A DNA stretch of 63,504 nt, filler included, from Chiloscyllium plagiosum (lineage: Eukaryota), in NCBI RefSeq assembly GCF_004010195.1. It is 3 parts of one record of this genome, joined end to end, with 100 filler letters (N's around TTAATTAATTAA, not from the genome) between each part and the next. Parts side by side here need not be neighbours in the genome. Positions count along the whole stretch, not along the records: positions 45,839 to 63,504 come from NC_057714.1; 2 more parts are not named here. One strand, 5' to 3'. The notes under the pieces were generated by a model. That model was not told the DNA's origin. It was given only the letters and a program-made list of their open reading frames with translations, and made no database searches. How positions within the stretch are numbered: the stretch's first letter is position 1; each line of letters starts with the position of its first letter. The position numbers and the translations under genes were made by a program. Shown here one piece after another: positions 63,040-63,504 of this stretch.

Positions 63040-63504
63040 TGGTTTTAGTTTTAAAATAGTGATGTAAAAGGATAGACCAGATCTAAAAGTTGAAGTTCTA
63101 AATTGGAGAAAGGCCAATTTTGACGGTTTTAGGCAAGAACTTTAGAAAGCTGATTGGGGGCAGATGTTTGCAGGTAAAGGGACGGCTGGAAAATGGGAAG
63201 CCTTCAGAAAAAAATAGTGATGTAAAAGGATAGACCAGATCTAAAAGTTGAAGTTCTAAATTGGAGAAAGGCCAATTTTGACGGTTTTAGGCAAGAACTT
63301 TAGAAAGCTGATTGGGGGCAGATGTTTGCAGGTAAAGGGACGGCTGGAAAATGGGAAGCCTTCAGAAATGAGAAACGAGAATCCTAGAGAAAGTATATTC
63401 CTGTTAGGATGAAAGGAAAGGCTGGTAGATATGGGGAATGCTGGATGACTAAAGAAATTGAGGGTTTGGTTAAGAAAAAGAAGGAAGCATATGTCAGGTA
63501 TAGA
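63040..63504 (+). mobile_element. CR1 LINE ORF2 fragment running off the window, with exact 158-bp tandem duplication
   Basis: Homologous to 60255-60515; 63053-63210 is identical to 63211-63368. Confidence 0.88.

Overview
Vertebrate non-coding DNA, almost certainly from a cartilaginous fish (shark). This is inferred from abundant HE1/V-type tRNA-derived SINEs and HER1/CR1 LINEs. No intact host protein-coding gene can be supported; the recognisable ORFs are retroelement fragments. Contents: about 20 CR1-group LINE fragments, many nested; two Rex1/Babar LINEs, one nearly full length; about 8 HE1 SINEs; two related solo LTRs; micro- and minisatellites; three assembly gaps, two with an artificial TTAATTAATTAA linker. 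The most interesting signal is about 25 termini of Penelope-like elements (PLEs) from four sequence families. They carry a minimal hammerhead-ribozyme motif (CTGANGA-N-stem II-GAAA-palindromic stem III) with covarying stems. Three copies are still attached to GIY-YIG endonuclease fragments. Many others are short TSD-flanked fold-back (inverted-pair) insertions with a ribozyme motif in each polarity. Other oddities: a CR1 insertion that carries an inverted copy of neighbouring DNA at its 5' end, several templated local duplications, and a candidate microexon. All family names come from motif recognition, not database searches.
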